A stretch of 64,000 bases of DNA, from contig JBMDXK010000009.1 in assembly GCA_048594375.1 (NCBI GenBank), positions 26,288 to 90,287 on the forward strand. The letters are read 5' to 3'. The notes below the pieces were generated by a model. It ran no database searches and was not told where the DNA came from. It saw only the letters and a program-made list of their open reading frames with translations. The position numbers were made by a program, and so were the translations under genes. The DNA comes from Methylopilaceae bacterium. GTDB taxonomy: Bacteria > Pseudomonadota > Alphaproteobacteria > Rhizobiales > Methylopilaceae. Positions 1 through 13,143 of this stretch are shown in pieces; position 1 is the stretch's first letter; every line of letters starts with the position of its first letter.

Positions 1-1482
<1,482 letters not shown>

Positions 1483-1760
1483 CAGGCCATTCCTTGCCGA
1501 AGGTTGAAAGGTGTAAACATGCAATCAACACTACCGTTATCGCGCTCATGTGACATTTTTTGAATGTAATCGATGCAATGTGAGGGAAAAAGTAACTTTT
1601 CCACTGTTTTTATACGATGGTATATGTCTAAAGCGGCAGCAATGCGTAAAACTGTTTGCAGATCAAAAACCTGCATGGGCTTCTTATCCTTTTCTGCAAG
1701 GGGAGAAAGCAACAATCCGAACAGGCATTCAAGACGCTTCAGTGAGGGGCTGCAACACAA

Positions 1761-3173
1761 ATGAGTCTTTTTAACGAGATGAAAACCGCCGACGGGAAGG
1801 TTCGTGAAGCTTACGCGCCGCTTACCGAATGGCTTAATTCAGCAACGCCCGAACTTTTGGCTTACCGCAGCAAGGAGGCGGAAGAGCTGTTCCGCCGTAT
1901 TGGGATAACCTTTTCGGTATATGGCGAGAAAGATGCGGAAGAGCGGTTGATACCGTTTGACATCATTCCGCGGATTCTGACCCAGCCTGAATGGCAGAGA
2001 CTGTCGCGCGGTCTTGAACAGCGTGTCAAGGCGCTCAACCTGTTCTTGAAAGATATTTACGGCTCCCGCGAAATCTTGAATGCGGGGATAATTCCATCGG
2101 ATCTGATTTTTCGCAATCCGGCCTTCCGTCCGGAGATGGTGGGGCATCGGCCTGCATCGGATGTCTGGGTGCATATTGCAGGCGTGGATGTGGTGCGGGT
2201 GGATGCGGATAATTTCTATGTGCTGGAAGACAATGCCCGCACTCCGTCTGGCGTATCTTATATGTTGCAAAACCGCGAGGTTATGCTGCGCCTGTTTCCA
2301 GAATTATTCCAGCAGCAGCGTGTTGCGCCGGTAGATAATTACAGCGATGAGCTGCTGGCAACCCTTGGTTCGGTTGCGCCCTATAGCGCCCCCACAGAGC
2401 CTAATCTGGTGCTGCTTACGCCTGGGGCATACAATTCGGCCTATTATGAGCATTCTTTCCTTGCGGATAAGCTGGGCATAGAGCTGGTGGAAGGCCGTGA
2501 TCTTTTTACCCGTGATAACATTGTTTATATGCGCACCACAGAAGGTCCCCAGCGGGTTGATGTGATTTACCGTCGTCTTGATGATGAATTTATTGATCCT
2601 CTGGTCTTTAATCCGGGTTCAATGCTGGGTGTTCCGGGCTTGTTCGAGGCGTATCGTGCGGGGAACGTTACGCTCGCCAATGCGGTGGGTACGGGCGTTG
2701 CGGACGACAAAGCCATTTACAGCTACATGCCGGAGATTATTAAATTTTATCTGGATGAGTCACCGATCCTGCACAATGTTCCCACATGGCGTTGCCGTGA
2801 GCCGGATGCGCTGAAATATGTGCTGGATCATCTTGATGAGCTGGTGGTGAAGGAAGTGCATGGCTCTGGTGGGTACGGAATGTTGGTCGGCCCTCATTCC
2901 ACCCGTGTGCAGATTGAAGCCTTTCGGGAGAAGCTGGTAAAAAATCCTGAAAATTTCATTGGCCAGCCAACATTGGCGTTGTCCACCTGCCCGACATATA
3001 TCAATCAGGGCGTTGTGGAGCGGCATGTGGATTTGCGGCCCTTTGTTCTTTCTGGCGCGGATGGTGTGCGCATTGTGCCGGGTGGGTTGACCCGTGTGGC
3101 GCTTGAAGATGGCTCTCTGGTGGTGAATTCCTCTCAGGGTGGTGGCACCAAAGATACATGGGTAATAGATTGA
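1761..3173 (+). CDS. circularly permuted type-2 ATP-grasp protein (DUF404/DUF407 family)
   Basis: 470 aa. It is the first gene of the conserved ATP-grasp / alpha-E / transglutaminase / Anbu operon, and the downstream genes are tightly spaced. Confidence 0.85.
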   Translation: MSLFNEMKTADGKVREAYAPLTEWLNSATPELLAYRSKEAEELFRRIGITFSVYGEKDAEERLIPFDIIPRILTQPEWQRLSRGLEQRVKALNLFLKDIYGSREILNAGIIPSDLIFRNPAFRPEMVGHRPASDVWVHIAGVDVVRVDADNFYVLEDNARTPSGVSYMLQNREVMLRLFPELFQQQRVAPVDNYSDELLATLGSVAPYSAPTEPNLVLLTPGAYNSAYYEHSFLADKLGIELVEGRDLFTRDNIVYMRTTEGPQRVDVIYRRLDDEFIDPLVFNPGSMLGVPGLFEAYRAGNVTLANAVGTGVADDKAIYSYMPEIIKFYLDESPILHNVPTWRCREPDALKYVLDHLDELVVKEVHGSGGYGMLVGPHSTRVQIEAFREKLVKNPENFIGQPTLALSTCPTYINQGVVERHVDLRPFVLSGADGVRIVPGGLTRVALEDGSLVVNSSQGGGTKDTWVID

Positions 3174-3174
3174 T

Positions 3175-4122
3175 ATGTTAAGCCGTACAGCAGATAACCT
3201 TTATTGGGCATCCCGTTATATTGAACGCGCGGAATCCCTTGCCCGTATTATTGATGCAGCCCACCGTCTGGCGGCCTTGCCGGCGGCTTATGGTGGCACC
3301 ATGAACGAATGGGAAGGCGCCCTGACAACAGCCGGCTGCAAGGAGGCCTTTCTTGCGCAATATGATGAGATTAACGCAGACAATGTCATCGCTTTTCTGG
3401 CGCTTTCAACCACAAATACCTATTCCATTCGTTACTGTCTGGATATGGCGCGCTCCAACGCCCGTGCGGTGCGCACCGTATTGACGGTTGAAATGTGGGA
3501 TGTGATTAACCGCGCGTGGCTGGATTTGAAAAGTTTTTCCGGCAAGCAGTTCCGTGGTGAGGAGCTTAATCGCTTTTTGCAGTGGGTAAACGAAGTATCC
3601 TTGCGGTTTGACGGTTCGGTTTACCGCACCATGTTGCGCAATGATGGGTTCTGGTTTTTGCGTACAGGTTCTTTTCTGGAACGTGCCGATAACACGGCGC
3701 GTATTCTGGACGTGAAATACCATGTATTGCTGCCCCAGCATGAAAAAGTTGGGGGAGGTCTTGACTATTATCAGTGGTCGGCAGTGCTGCGCGCTGTTTC
3801 TGCCATCAACAGCTATCATTGGGTTTACCGTGAAAGCATCAAGCCGTGGCTGGTGGCGGATTTGTTGATTTTGAACGATGAACTTCCCCGTTCACTGGCG
3901 TCATGTTACACCGCCATCAGCCGTAATCTGGATGAGCTGGCGCGGGCATATGGGCGGCAAGGTCAGGCACAGCGGTTGGCGCGTTCCATGCGATCCCGCT
4001 TTCAGAATGCGCGGATTGAGGAAATTTTTCAAAGTGGTCTGCATGAATTTATTACCGATTTCATTGCAGCCAACAATCAGTTGAGCGCCGCCATTTCAGA
4101 GCAATACCTCAGCGGACAATAA
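3175..4122 (+). CDS. alpha-E domain protein (DUF403)
   Basis: 315 aa. The N-terminus MLSRTADNLYWASRYIERAE is characteristic of the family. It starts 2 nt after the ATP-grasp stop. Confidence 0.85.
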   Translation: MLSRTADNLYWASRYIERAESLARIIDAAHRLAALPAAYGGTMNEWEGALTTAGCKEAFLAQYDEINADNVIAFLALSTTNTYSIRYCLDMARSNARAVRTVLTVEMWDVINRAWLDLKSFSGKQFRGEELNRFLQWVNEVSLRFDGSVYRTMLRNDGFWFLRTGSFLERADNTARILDVKYHVLLPQHEKVGGGLDYYQWSAVLRAVSAINSYHWVYRESIKPWLVADLLILNDELPRSLASCYTAISRNLDELARAYGRQGQAQRLARSMRSRFQNARIEEIFQSGLHEFITDFIAANNQLSAAISEQYLSGQ

Positions 4123-4143
4123 AAAATTGAGAATAGAAAAACC

Positions 4144-4953
4144 ATGCGCCTGAAAATTCATCACGAGACCCGTTACAGTTATACAGAGTTCCAGCGCGGC
4201 ATTACCCAGATGTTGCGGTTAACGCCCCGCAATCATTACAGCCAGTATATTGTAGATTGGCGCATTGATATTGATAGCAATTGCCGTCTTTATCCGGCGG
4301 AAGATGCTTTTGGCAATATCATTCACACGTTTACAATTCAGGATCCGGTTGAGAGCCTTGCAATCATTGTGGAGGGCGAGGTAGAAACCCAGGATACCCA
4401 TGGCATTTTGCAAGGAACGGTGGAGCGTTTTCCAACGGCATTGTATTTGCGTGAAACCGAGCTGACGGCGCGCACACCGGAAATGACCGCCTTTGCAAAA
4501 GAAATTGCGGAAAGAACCGGCGGCAGTGCGCTGGATATTTTTCATGCCCTGTTGAAAATGCTTTATACCAGTTTCACGTTTGATACAGGTGCCACCCACG
4601 CCCAGACTACGGCAGCGGAAGCGTTTGCCAACCGGCATGGCGTGTGTCAGGATTATACCCATATTTTCATTGCCTTGGCACGTTCATTGGGGTATCCGGC
4701 GCGGTATGTGAGCGGCTATTTTTTCCGTGTGGATGGCCGAAACGATCAGGATGCCAGCCACGCATGGGTTGAAATTCATATTCCGGATTTAGGATGGGTT
4801 GGTTTTGATCCGGCCAATGGTATCGCAACAACAGATGCGCATGTGCGTGTGGCAATTGGCCTTGATTATCTGGGCGCCGCCCCTGTGCGCGGCTCGCGCG
4901 TCGGCACCGGACGCGAGATTCTCGATGTTCGGGTGCTGATAACACCGATGTAA
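4144..4953 (+). CDS. transglutaminase-like family protein
   Basis: 269 aa with the transglutaminase-core cysteine context HGVCQDYTHIF and a downstream His/Asp (DASHAWVE ... GFDP). Confidence 0.85.
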   Translation: MRLKIHHETRYSYTEFQRGITQMLRLTPRNHYSQYIVDWRIDIDSNCRLYPAEDAFGNIIHTFTIQDPVESLAIIVEGEVETQDTHGILQGTVERFPTALYLRETELTARTPEMTAFAKEIAERTGGSALDIFHALLKMLYTSFTFDTGATHAQTTAAEAFANRHGVCQDYTHIFIALARSLGYPARYVSGYFFRVDGRNDQDASHAWVEIHIPDLGWVGFDPANGIATTDAHVRVAIGLDYLGAAPVRGSRVGTGREILDVRVLITPM

Positions 4954-5149
4954 TCTTAATATTGTCTTAAAATGCGTGTTTTTTAATTCCCGACTATCGC
5001 CCAATGGTGTGCACGTGTGATCTGTCGTATTTTATCTATTCTTGGGTAAGCAGATAATAAGGTTTGAAAATCTATAGTCAGCGGATGACACGGATGGATA
5101 TATGCAGTATGCAGCGTGTTAAAGGTAATAGAATATACAGCAGGTTGAA

Positions 5150-5908
5150 ATGACATATTGCGTGGGGATTTTGGTGCAGGAAGGTTTGGTGATGGTGGCG
5201 GATACGCGCACCAATGCCGGAATTGATCATATTTCCACCTTTCGGAAGCTGCACCAGTTTGAGGAGGAAGGGCGTTATTCTCTCCTGCTGTGTACCTCTG
5301 GAAATTTATCCATTACGCAGTCGGTGATGACGTTTGTGACGGAAGGCATAATCAATCCTGAAACCGGCAAAATTGACAAAATTACCGAGCAGCCTTCATT
5401 GTTTCATGCAGCGCAGCTTGTGGGGCGCGCTATGCGTGAGGTTTACCGCATTGATGGTTCTAATCTTGAGCAGATGGCGGGCGGCTTTGAAGCCAGTATT
5501 TTGATTGGTGGGCAGATTGCGGGCGATGCGATGCAGCTTTATCATATATACAGTGCGGGAAATTTTATTTCGGTCACGCCTGAAACACCGTTTATGCAGA
5601 TTGGCGAGCACAAATATGGCAAACCTATTCTGGATCGGTTGATTAAGTTTGATAGTGATATTTATGATTCTCTGAAAACGGCACTCATTTCAATGGATTC
5701 CACCATGCGCTCGAACCTGAGCGTTGGCTTGCCAATTGATATCGCTATCTTGCGCCGTGATGTTTTGCAGTGCGAGGTGAGTAGGCGCATCGATCAGGAT
5801 GACGCGTATTTTCTGGATGTGCGCAAGCGTTGGGGAGAAGCACTGAAAGAAGCGCAACAATCCATCCCTCTTCCGCCTTATCATGAAGAAACCGAACCGG
5901 CGGCATGA
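5150..5908 (+). CDS. proteasome-type peptidase, Anbu (ancestral beta subunit) family
   Basis: 252 aa starting MTYCVGILV..ADTRTNAG, with Thr2 as the putative N-terminal nucleophile. It follows the ATP-grasp/alpha-E/transglutaminase trio, as in described Anbu operons. Confidence 0.8.
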   Translation: MTYCVGILVQEGLVMVADTRTNAGIDHISTFRKLHQFEEEGRYSLLLCTSGNLSITQSVMTFVTEGIINPETGKIDKITEQPSLFHAAQLVGRAMREVYRIDGSNLEQMAGGFEASILIGGQIAGDAMQLYHIYSAGNFISVTPETPFMQIGEHKYGKPILDRLIKFDSDIYDSLKTALISMDSTMRSNLSVGLPIDIAILRRDVLQCEVSRRIDQDDAYFLDVRKRWGEALKEAQQSIPLPPYHEETEPAA

Positions 5909-5940
5909 AAGCCGGTTTGGTTTTGTGCGGCATTACGCGC

Positions 5941-6210
5941 TCACTGGATTGTATAAAGCCCCTTGGCAATGGTAAATTCAGCGGGTGTAATCAGCTTGTT
6001 GTGCGCCACTTTTACAAATTTTAAAGGCCCGGCCAGTTCTTTTTTCCAATAGCTAAGGAAGCTTTCCAACACGGGAAAGTGCGGCGCTACATCGTATTCC
6101 TGCCAGAGATAAGCTTGCAGAAGATGCGGGTGGTCAGGCAACCCATAAATGATTTCGGCGGTGGTGAGGCCGTAGCCTTCAAGGGTTTTTAAAAAATCTT
6201 TATCAGCCAT
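5941..6210 (-). CDS. usg: Usg-family protein
   Basis: MADKDFLKTLEGYGLTTAEIIYGLPDHPHLLQAYLWQEYD... matches the small Usg family found in alphaproteobacteria. The ATG at 6210 has an aaagga SD. Confidence 0.75.
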   Translation of the reverse strand: MADKDFLKTLEGYGLTTAEIIYGLPDHPHLLQAYLWQEYDVAPHFPVLESFLSYWKKELAGPLKFVKVAHNKLITPAEFTIAKGLYTIQ

Positions 6211-6308
6211 AAGCACATCCTTTAGTTAACAAACGCTAAAGTATGAGCCTCCCCCGTTTTTCTTATTATGAAACTGCGAAAAGTGTTTCCCGTCAAGAAA
6301 TTTATGTG

Positions 6309-6335
6309 TTAGCACTCATGTGTGGTGAGTGCTAA
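6309..6335 (+). promoter_or_regulatory. CIRCE operator (HrcA binding site) upstream of groESL
   Basis: Perfect match to the consensus TTAGCACTC-N9-GAGTGCTAA: ttagcactc (6309-6317), 9-nt spacer, gagtgctaa (6327-6335). Confidence 0.95.
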
Positions 6336-6468
6336 TTTTTTTCACCTTTCCCCCTTGCACCTTTTTAGAGGCTTACCTATCTGGAGGGTGCGCGGTTGGT
6401 TTTGTTGGATAAAAGCCGCGCTTGATATGATTTATTATTTTTTGTCGCTTCTATGGAGGACACTTATT

Positions 6469-6759
6469 ATGGCGTTTCGTCCCTTGCATGACCGAGTTGT
6501 TGTTCGCCGCGTTGATGCGGAAGAAAAAACAAAAGGCGGGATTATTATTCCCGGCACAGCACAGGAAAAGCCCCAGGAAGGTGAAATCGTTGCTGTAGGC
6601 ACTGGCGTTCGCGATGACAAAGGCGCTCTTGTTGCTTTGGATGTGAAAGTCGGCAACCGGGTGTTGTTCGGCAAATGGTCTGGCACCGAGGTTAAAATTG
6701 ATGGTCAGGATCTTCTGATTATGAAAGAAAGCGATATTCTTGGCGTTCTTGAAGCGTAA
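6469..6759 (+). CDS. groES: co-chaperonin GroES
   Basis: [44 protein letters not shown]..., 96 aa. A ggagga SD sits at 6455-6460. The longer ORF-track start at 6322 runs through the CIRCE element. Confidence 0.97.
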   Translation: MAFRPLHDRVVVRRVDAEEKTKGGIIIPGTAQEKPQEGEIVAVGTGVRDDKGALVALDVKVGNRVLFGKWSGTEVKIDGQDLLIMKESDILGVLEA

Positions 6760-6805
6760 AGCTTTGACGCTGCGTAATTTTTCAAACTGTTATTTCATAC
6801 TCTAA

Positions 6806-8467
<1,662 letters not shown>

Positions 8468-8517
8468 TTTACCCTTGGCCATCATGTGCCGGCTCCAAAC
8501 CGGCACACAAACATTCA

Positions 8518-8546
8518 GGCAGGATGCCCACGCATCCTGCCTTTTT
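8518..8546 (+). terminator. rho-independent terminator of groESL
   Basis: 10-bp perfect stem ggcaggatgc / gcatcctgcc with a 4-nt loop, followed by ttttt (8542-8546). Confidence 0.8.
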
Positions 8547-8596
8547 AGAATCTCCACAATAAAAAGCTTCTTTTATGATAGCTAACGGTCAGCGCA

Positions 8597-8685
8597 GCTA
8601 CCCATAGGGCAACATGGAGCAGTAAGAAACTATGTGATAAAACAAAGAATTACAACCTAAGCAATTCTAATCATTTTATATGTCT
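8597..8685. repeat. dispersed intergenic repeat (motif C gctacccatagggcaac plus motif A gataaaacaaaga...aatcattttatatgtct)
   Basis: Motif C (8597-8613) recurs at 23594-23610 and, diverged, at 10316-10331. Motif A (8636-8685) recurs at 21048-21096, with roughly 40 of 50 nt identical by eye. Confidence 0.6.
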
Positions 8686-8703
8686 CAAGCTATAGATACC
8701 GTA

Positions 8704-9987
8704 TTAGTTTCTTTGTAATTCAGAGACTGGTTTAATTCTTATTTTTGTTGATAGAGCATATCTTTTGTTTTTGGTCTGAACATAAGGCACAGCGTAATCA
8801 GTCCTACCAATTAATGCGTGAAATTGATCACTACCGTACTCTGCATCAGGATCGACACGTAAATCATGCACTCTGCCAGTGTTTTTATTTATGAAAACAG
8901 CGCGTCTAAAGGGATCAGAATGGTCTGCATAAGAAGCGCCAGGTGTAAAAGGTTGATTATCATGCGAGTTAGTATACTTACCACGATGAGGTATAAGTAC
9001 AGGCTGCCGATCCTCCGCACTTATCCCATCAATAAAACTCAATTGCTCGGCAATAACAACTTGCTGCTGATTATAAAGAGATAACTGCTGTTCAAGCAGC
9101 TCATTCAATGAGTGCGGGTTAAATACAAAATGTCTTTGTGGCGGAATCACATTATTTTTGAAGGAATTATTCCAATAATGCTTCAGACTTTTACGCTTTG
9201 AAAAATCCGCGAAATCAACTTTCACACCCTCTAATTGAGAAATATGCTGTTGGTTTATTGTGATCTGAGCCGCCATATCGAGAGCAATGGCATATTTCAA
9301 ATCAAAAATTTCTTTTTTAAAACTCACTTGTTGCTCAAAAAGAGCGCGGTTAATATCCGCTCGGTGCTTCTCCGCATAAGCAGTGAAAAGCTCGGGATTG
9401 GGAGCGTGTGGCATATCACCTATTTTATATTCTCCAAAAACTTGAAAACGGTCAATCAAAGCTTTATCTTGCAAAATCTCTTCATGATTAGACTGAACAA
9501 GAGCAGAAAGCGGATCTTCAGATAAAGTATTTGAGGAAGTATCCGTCTGAGCATTATGGCTTGCGACAGTCTCTCCTGAATGTCTCTCTTCAAAAGCTGC
9601 ATGAGCGCCGTTTGAGTGAATATCTGCCTCATCACGCACCCCGGCAGACGAAAAATTAAAAGTTTGCATCTGCGTATTTTGAGAACTTTCAGAGGGCGGA
9701 GTGGGACTCATTCTCCCAGTAGAACCATCATAAAACATAATCTCCAATTCGCGCGGCAATGCGGAGTTTTCAGGAACAACGGGCTGAGGCGTAACGCGCC
9801 GTGCAGGGGGCAGTGTATCCATGGCTGAATAAGCCGGTGCCGCGCCAGTTGGCAAAACCTCTTCTGGTTTTTGCCACACTGGCAATGAACCATCCGCTTC
9901 CATCCAGGCGGGAGGTGGAGATAAGCTTTGACTTCTCTGATTTTGCTGATGAGCATCATCTGTTGCAATTAAAGAATTGTTACGCAT
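8704..9987 (-). CDS. hypothetical protein (orphan, AT-rich islet; candidate secreted effector)
   Basis: Long ORF (431 aa from the TTG at 9999; the ATG at 9987 is preferred). The N-terminal ~170 aa are Ser/Pro/Gln/Thr-rich. There is no signal peptide or TM segment and no family was recognised. It is flanked by very AT-rich non-coding DNA. Confidence 0.65.
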   Translation of the reverse strand: MRNNSLIATDDAHQQNQRSQSLSPPPAWMEADGSLPVWQKPEEVLPTGAAPAYSAMDTLPPARRVTPQPVVPENSALPRELEIMFYDGSTGRMSPTPPSESSQNTQMQTFNFSSAGVRDEADIHSNGAHAAFEERHSGETVASHNAQTDTSSNTLSEDPLSALVQSNHEEILQDKALIDRFQVFGEYKIGDMPHAPNPELFTAYAEKHRADINRALFEQQVSFKKEIFDLKYAIALDMAAQITINQQHISQLEGVKVDFADFSKRKSLKHYWNNSFKNNVIPPQRHFVFNPHSLNELLEQQLSLYNQQQVVIAEQLSFIDGISAEDRQPVLIPHRGKYTNSHDNQPFTPGASYADHSDPFRRAVFINKNTGRVHDLRVDPDAEYGSDQFHALIGRTDYAVPYVQTKNKRYALSTKIRIKPVSELQRN

Positions 9988-10315
9988 AATAACAGGCAAG
10001 GCACAAACTCAACTTGTTAATAAAAAAACACAAAATTTTATTAACAATAAAATAACTATTTATCAACTGATAATATAAATTCAATTACACAACCATAACA
10101 CTAAACAATATTTTACAATAAATCACATAAACTAAAGTATACTAACTAAGAGGAAAAATTATTACACAAATAATCGCCAAAAAAGGTTTTTTATTGCATT
10201 TTTAAAGAAATATATTCAATATTTCAAAAACTTAGCACAATCATTTATGCCGTACTAAAGCCGAACACCACAGAAAATGACAATTTAATTTTGAGCCAAT
10301 GGTGAGCAAAGCTGC

Positions 10316-10377
10316 CTGCCCTAAAGCAACGTAGTGCAGCAAAAATCGTATAATTTTTTTCTGAAATTGCTATAAAT
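10316..10377. repeat. dispersed intergenic repeat (diverged motif C ... gaaattgctataaat)
   Basis: It aligns colinearly with 23594-23657. Both have gcaac followed at the same distance by the identical 15-mer gaaattgctataaat (10363-10377 and 23643-23657), 37 nt from the start of gcaac to the start of the 15-mer. Confidence 0.6.
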
Positions 10378-10391
10378 GCAAAAGTGTATTC

Positions 10392-11504
10392 TTATTGCGA
10401 GTGATTGGAATAGATATTTACCACCAGCGCTGCCAAACGCTGCGCGGCGTCTGGTGTTGCGGCCAGCCGGGCATTGTTGGCTTGCCGCGCAAGCCCTACG
10501 GAATCGGTTAGAATAGCTGTCAAGCGTTCAGCAAGAGCATCCGGTGTGAACTGCGCCTGGTTTATAACAGTTGCAGCATCCAGAGCAGCAAGAATAGTTG
10601 CATTGGCAAGCTGATCCTGATCCAGCGATCCAGGCAGCGGCACCAGAATTGAGGGGCGGCCAATCATGGCAAGTTCTGCCACGGTTGAAGCGCCAGAGCG
10701 CCCGATCACCAGATGGGAAAGCGCAATCCGCTGGGGCAAATCCTTGAAAAACGCCGCAACTTCGGCATCAATTCCAGCGGCGGCATAAGCGGTACGCGCC
10801 CATACAACATCATCCTGCCGGGTTTGATGCGTGACTTTCACACGGCGCCGCAACGGTTCATCCAGCCGTTGCACCGCAGCAGGCACAACCTCGGTCATGA
10901 TCCGCGCGCCTTGGCTTCCGCCTGTCACCAACAGATTCAGCACGCCATCCTGCGCCAGCGGTTGATACGGGTGCTGCGCGGCCTCGAACACCGGCACCCG
11001 CAACGGATTGCCGATAAATACCGCTTTTTCCTGTTCTTCAGCCGTGGCTTTTGCAAGCTGGTTGAAGCCTGTGCCAATGGTTTTCGCGCGTTTTGCCAAA
11101 AAACGGTTGGCGCGCCCCAATACCGCATTTTGTTCATGCACAATCGTGGGAATACCCAACAGCTGCGCAATAAATACCGGCGGCACAGTGGGATATCCCC
11201 CGAAACCCACCACTACGGAAGGGCGCAAGCGCAACAGCAGCCATAAGGCTTGCAGCATTCCCTTTGCCAGCGAAAATCCGGCCTGCAACACATGCAGCGG
11301 CTTGCGGCTTTTAAAGGTGGCAGAAGCAAGCTGATGGATAGCCTTTTCAGGAAAAGCACTGGAATAGATTTTGGCGCGGTAGTCTGTGGCCAATTCAACG
11401 CGCACTCCCTGCTGCATCAATGCAGTACCCAATGCTTCCGCCGGAAAAAGATGGCCGCCAGTGCCGCCAGCAGCCAAAAGAACGGGACGTTGGCGTGAAG
11501 GCAT
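10392..11504 (-). CDS. murG: undecaprenyldiphospho-muramoylpentapeptide beta-N-acetylglucosaminyltransferase
   Basis: 370 aa with AAGGTGGHLFPAEAL near the N-terminus. dcw-cluster context. Confidence 0.95.
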   Translation of the reverse strand: MPSRQRPVLLAAGGTGGHLFPAEALGTALMQQGVRVELATDYRAKIYSSAFPEKAIHQLASATFKSRKPLHVLQAGFSLAKGMLQALWLLLRLRPSVVVGFGGYPTVPPVFIAQLLGIPTIVHEQNAVLGRANRFLAKRAKTIGTGFNQLAKATAEEQEKAVFIGNPLRVPVFEAAQHPYQPLAQDGVLNLLVTGGSQGARIMTEVVPAAVQRLDEPLRRRVKVTHQTRQDDVVWARTAYAAAGIDAEVAAFFKDLPQRIALSHLVIGRSGASTVAELAMIGRPSILVPLPGSLDQDQLANATILAALDAATVINQAQFTPDALAERLTAILTDSVGLARQANNARLAATPDAAQRLAALVVNIYSNHSQ

Positions 11505-12652
11505 TATGCTGGCTCCGGCACGAGTGATGAATTTTGCGGCAGAACGGTGGAACGCGGTCTGTGCCGTGTGAGTGCGAGCAGCATCCCCATACCGAAAGCC
11601 AATGAAACCAAGGAAGAGCCACCGTAAGAAATAAACGGCAAAGTCATGCCTTTTGCTGGCATGAGATGCACATTCACGGCCATGTTAATCATGGATTGCA
11701 ATCCAAACAGCATGGAAAGGCCAGCGATTGCCAGACGGCGAAACAAATCTTCCTCCTGAATGGCAAGATAAATACCGCGCAGTACCACAAATGCAAACAG
11801 GCTTACAAGAAAAAGGCACAGCACAATGCCAAATTCCTCGGCAGTAACCGCAAAAATAAAGTCGGTGTGGCTATCAGGCAAAATGCGTTTAACTGTACCC
11901 TCGCCGGGGCCTTTACCAAACCATCCGCCCTGCACAAACGATTCAATAGCGCGGTCAACCTGAAAGGTATCGCCTGTGTCCGGATTTAAAAACCGGCTGA
12001 TACGTTGCCGCACGTGATCGACCAAATTATAGGCTGCCACAATGCCGATCACACCCGCGCCACCAAGCCCTACCACCCAATACAGTTTCAGCCCTGCAAT
12101 AAAAAACAGCGCCATCCATACGGCACCCAGCAGCAGGGTCTGACCAAAATCCGGTTGCAGGATGAGAACACCAATCACCAAACCTGCCAAGGCCATCGAT
12201 AAAAAACGCCCTGGAACATCCGCGCGTTTTGCCCCCTCCGCAAAAAGCCATGCCGCCAGAACCACAAAAGCAGGTTTGACAAATTCAGAAGGCTGCACGT
12301 TGACTCCGCCAATAAATAACCAGCGGTGAGCCCCCTTGATTTCAGGACCAATAAACAGGGCAGCAATCATGGCCAGCCAACTGCCGATAAACATCAACAG
12401 CGAGATGCGGCGTATTTCTTTGGGGGAAAAGAAAGAAATGCCCAGCATTACCACTACAGCAGGAACCAGAAAAAACACTTGGCGGTTGACAAAATGAAAC
12501 AGCCCTAGCCCCAACCGTTCCGCCACAGGAGGACTTGCGGCCAGTGAAAGCACAATGCCGCCCAGCATGAGGGCGCAAAGGGCAAACAACAGGTAGCGGT
12601 CAATTGTCCACCACCATTCCCCGACCACAGTACGCTCGGCACGCGACATCAT
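11504..12652 (-). CDS. ftsW: peptidoglycan glycosyltransferase FtsW (SEDS family)
   Basis: Polytopic membrane protein with SEDS-family sequence, located between murD and murG. I prefer the ATG at 12652 (aagga SD) over the ORF-track start at 12718. Confidence 0.9.
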   Translation of the reverse strand: MMSRAERTVVGEWWWTIDRYLLFALCALMLGGIVLSLAASPPVAERLGLGLFHFVNRQVFFLVPAVVVMLGISFFSPKEIRRISLLMFIGSWLAMIAALFIGPEIKGAHRWLFIGGVNVQPSEFVKPAFVVLAAWLFAEGAKRADVPGRFLSMALAGLVIGVLILQPDFGQTLLLGAVWMALFFIAGLKLYWVVGLGGAGVIGIVAAYNLVDHVRQRISRFLNPDTGDTFQVDRAIESFVQGGWFGKGPGEGTVKRILPDSHTDFIFAVTAEEFGIVLCLFLVSLFAFVVLRGIYLAIQEEDLFRRLAIAGLSMLFGLQSMINMAVNVHLMPAKGMTLPFISYGGSSLVSLAFGMGMLLALTRHRPRSTVLPQNSSLVPEPA

Positions 12653-12915
12653 GGTGAAAATCCTTTTTTGCACTGCTGTAAACCCGCAGAGCTTGCATGT
12701 GTACCTCGTTTCCCTCACTCAGGAACGGGTTTTCAAAGCGTCCTATGTGGGGGGCGAATGCGTAGCTGCGCTGCAGAAAAGATCAATGTGCAGCACTGAT
12801 CCCAAAACTGTTCACCAAACAATATAATGACTATGGCGTTAACAAATTGCTTAACATTTTTTTTGATAAGAAGGGATTTAACTACCCCTTCTTATAGAAT
12901 TAATTTAAAATAATA

Positions 12916-13143
12916 TTAGCGAACTCGAATATTTCTAGTCTCTCCGAAATATTTTCCACAATCTTCATTCCGTTTCTTCAGTTCAGCCAAATATTCGCCA
13001 TACCTTACATAAGTAGGACTAAGATCAAGAACAGTTTTACACAAAATTGGAGTAGGCATTGCTGCAGCTTCTTGTGCGCCACCCGCACAGCTGGCTAAAA
13101 ATAATGCAAAAAAAGGAATTATAAGGATATTAAAATTTTTCAT
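12916..13143 (-). CDS. small putative lipoprotein (orphan) inserted between murD and ftsW
   Basis: 75 aa. The N-terminus MKNFNILIIPFFALFLASCAGG is a signal peptide with a lipobox (LASC). It sits in a strongly AT-rich islet. Confidence 0.6.
   Translation of the reverse strand: MKNFNILIIPFFALFLASCAGGAQEAAAMPTPILCKTVLDLSPTYVRYGEYLAELKKRNEDCGKYFGETRNIRVR

Noticed and set aside
6322-6468. N-terminally extended ORF-track starts, for example groES from 6322, carB from 35196, murB from 18465, the TPR protein from 30709, yqeY from 33676 and mraY from 15776
   Set aside because: The extensions are unconserved. They run through regulatory elements (the CIRCE operator) or upstream genes. Internal ATG/GTG codons with SD sequences reproduce the canonical N-termini.
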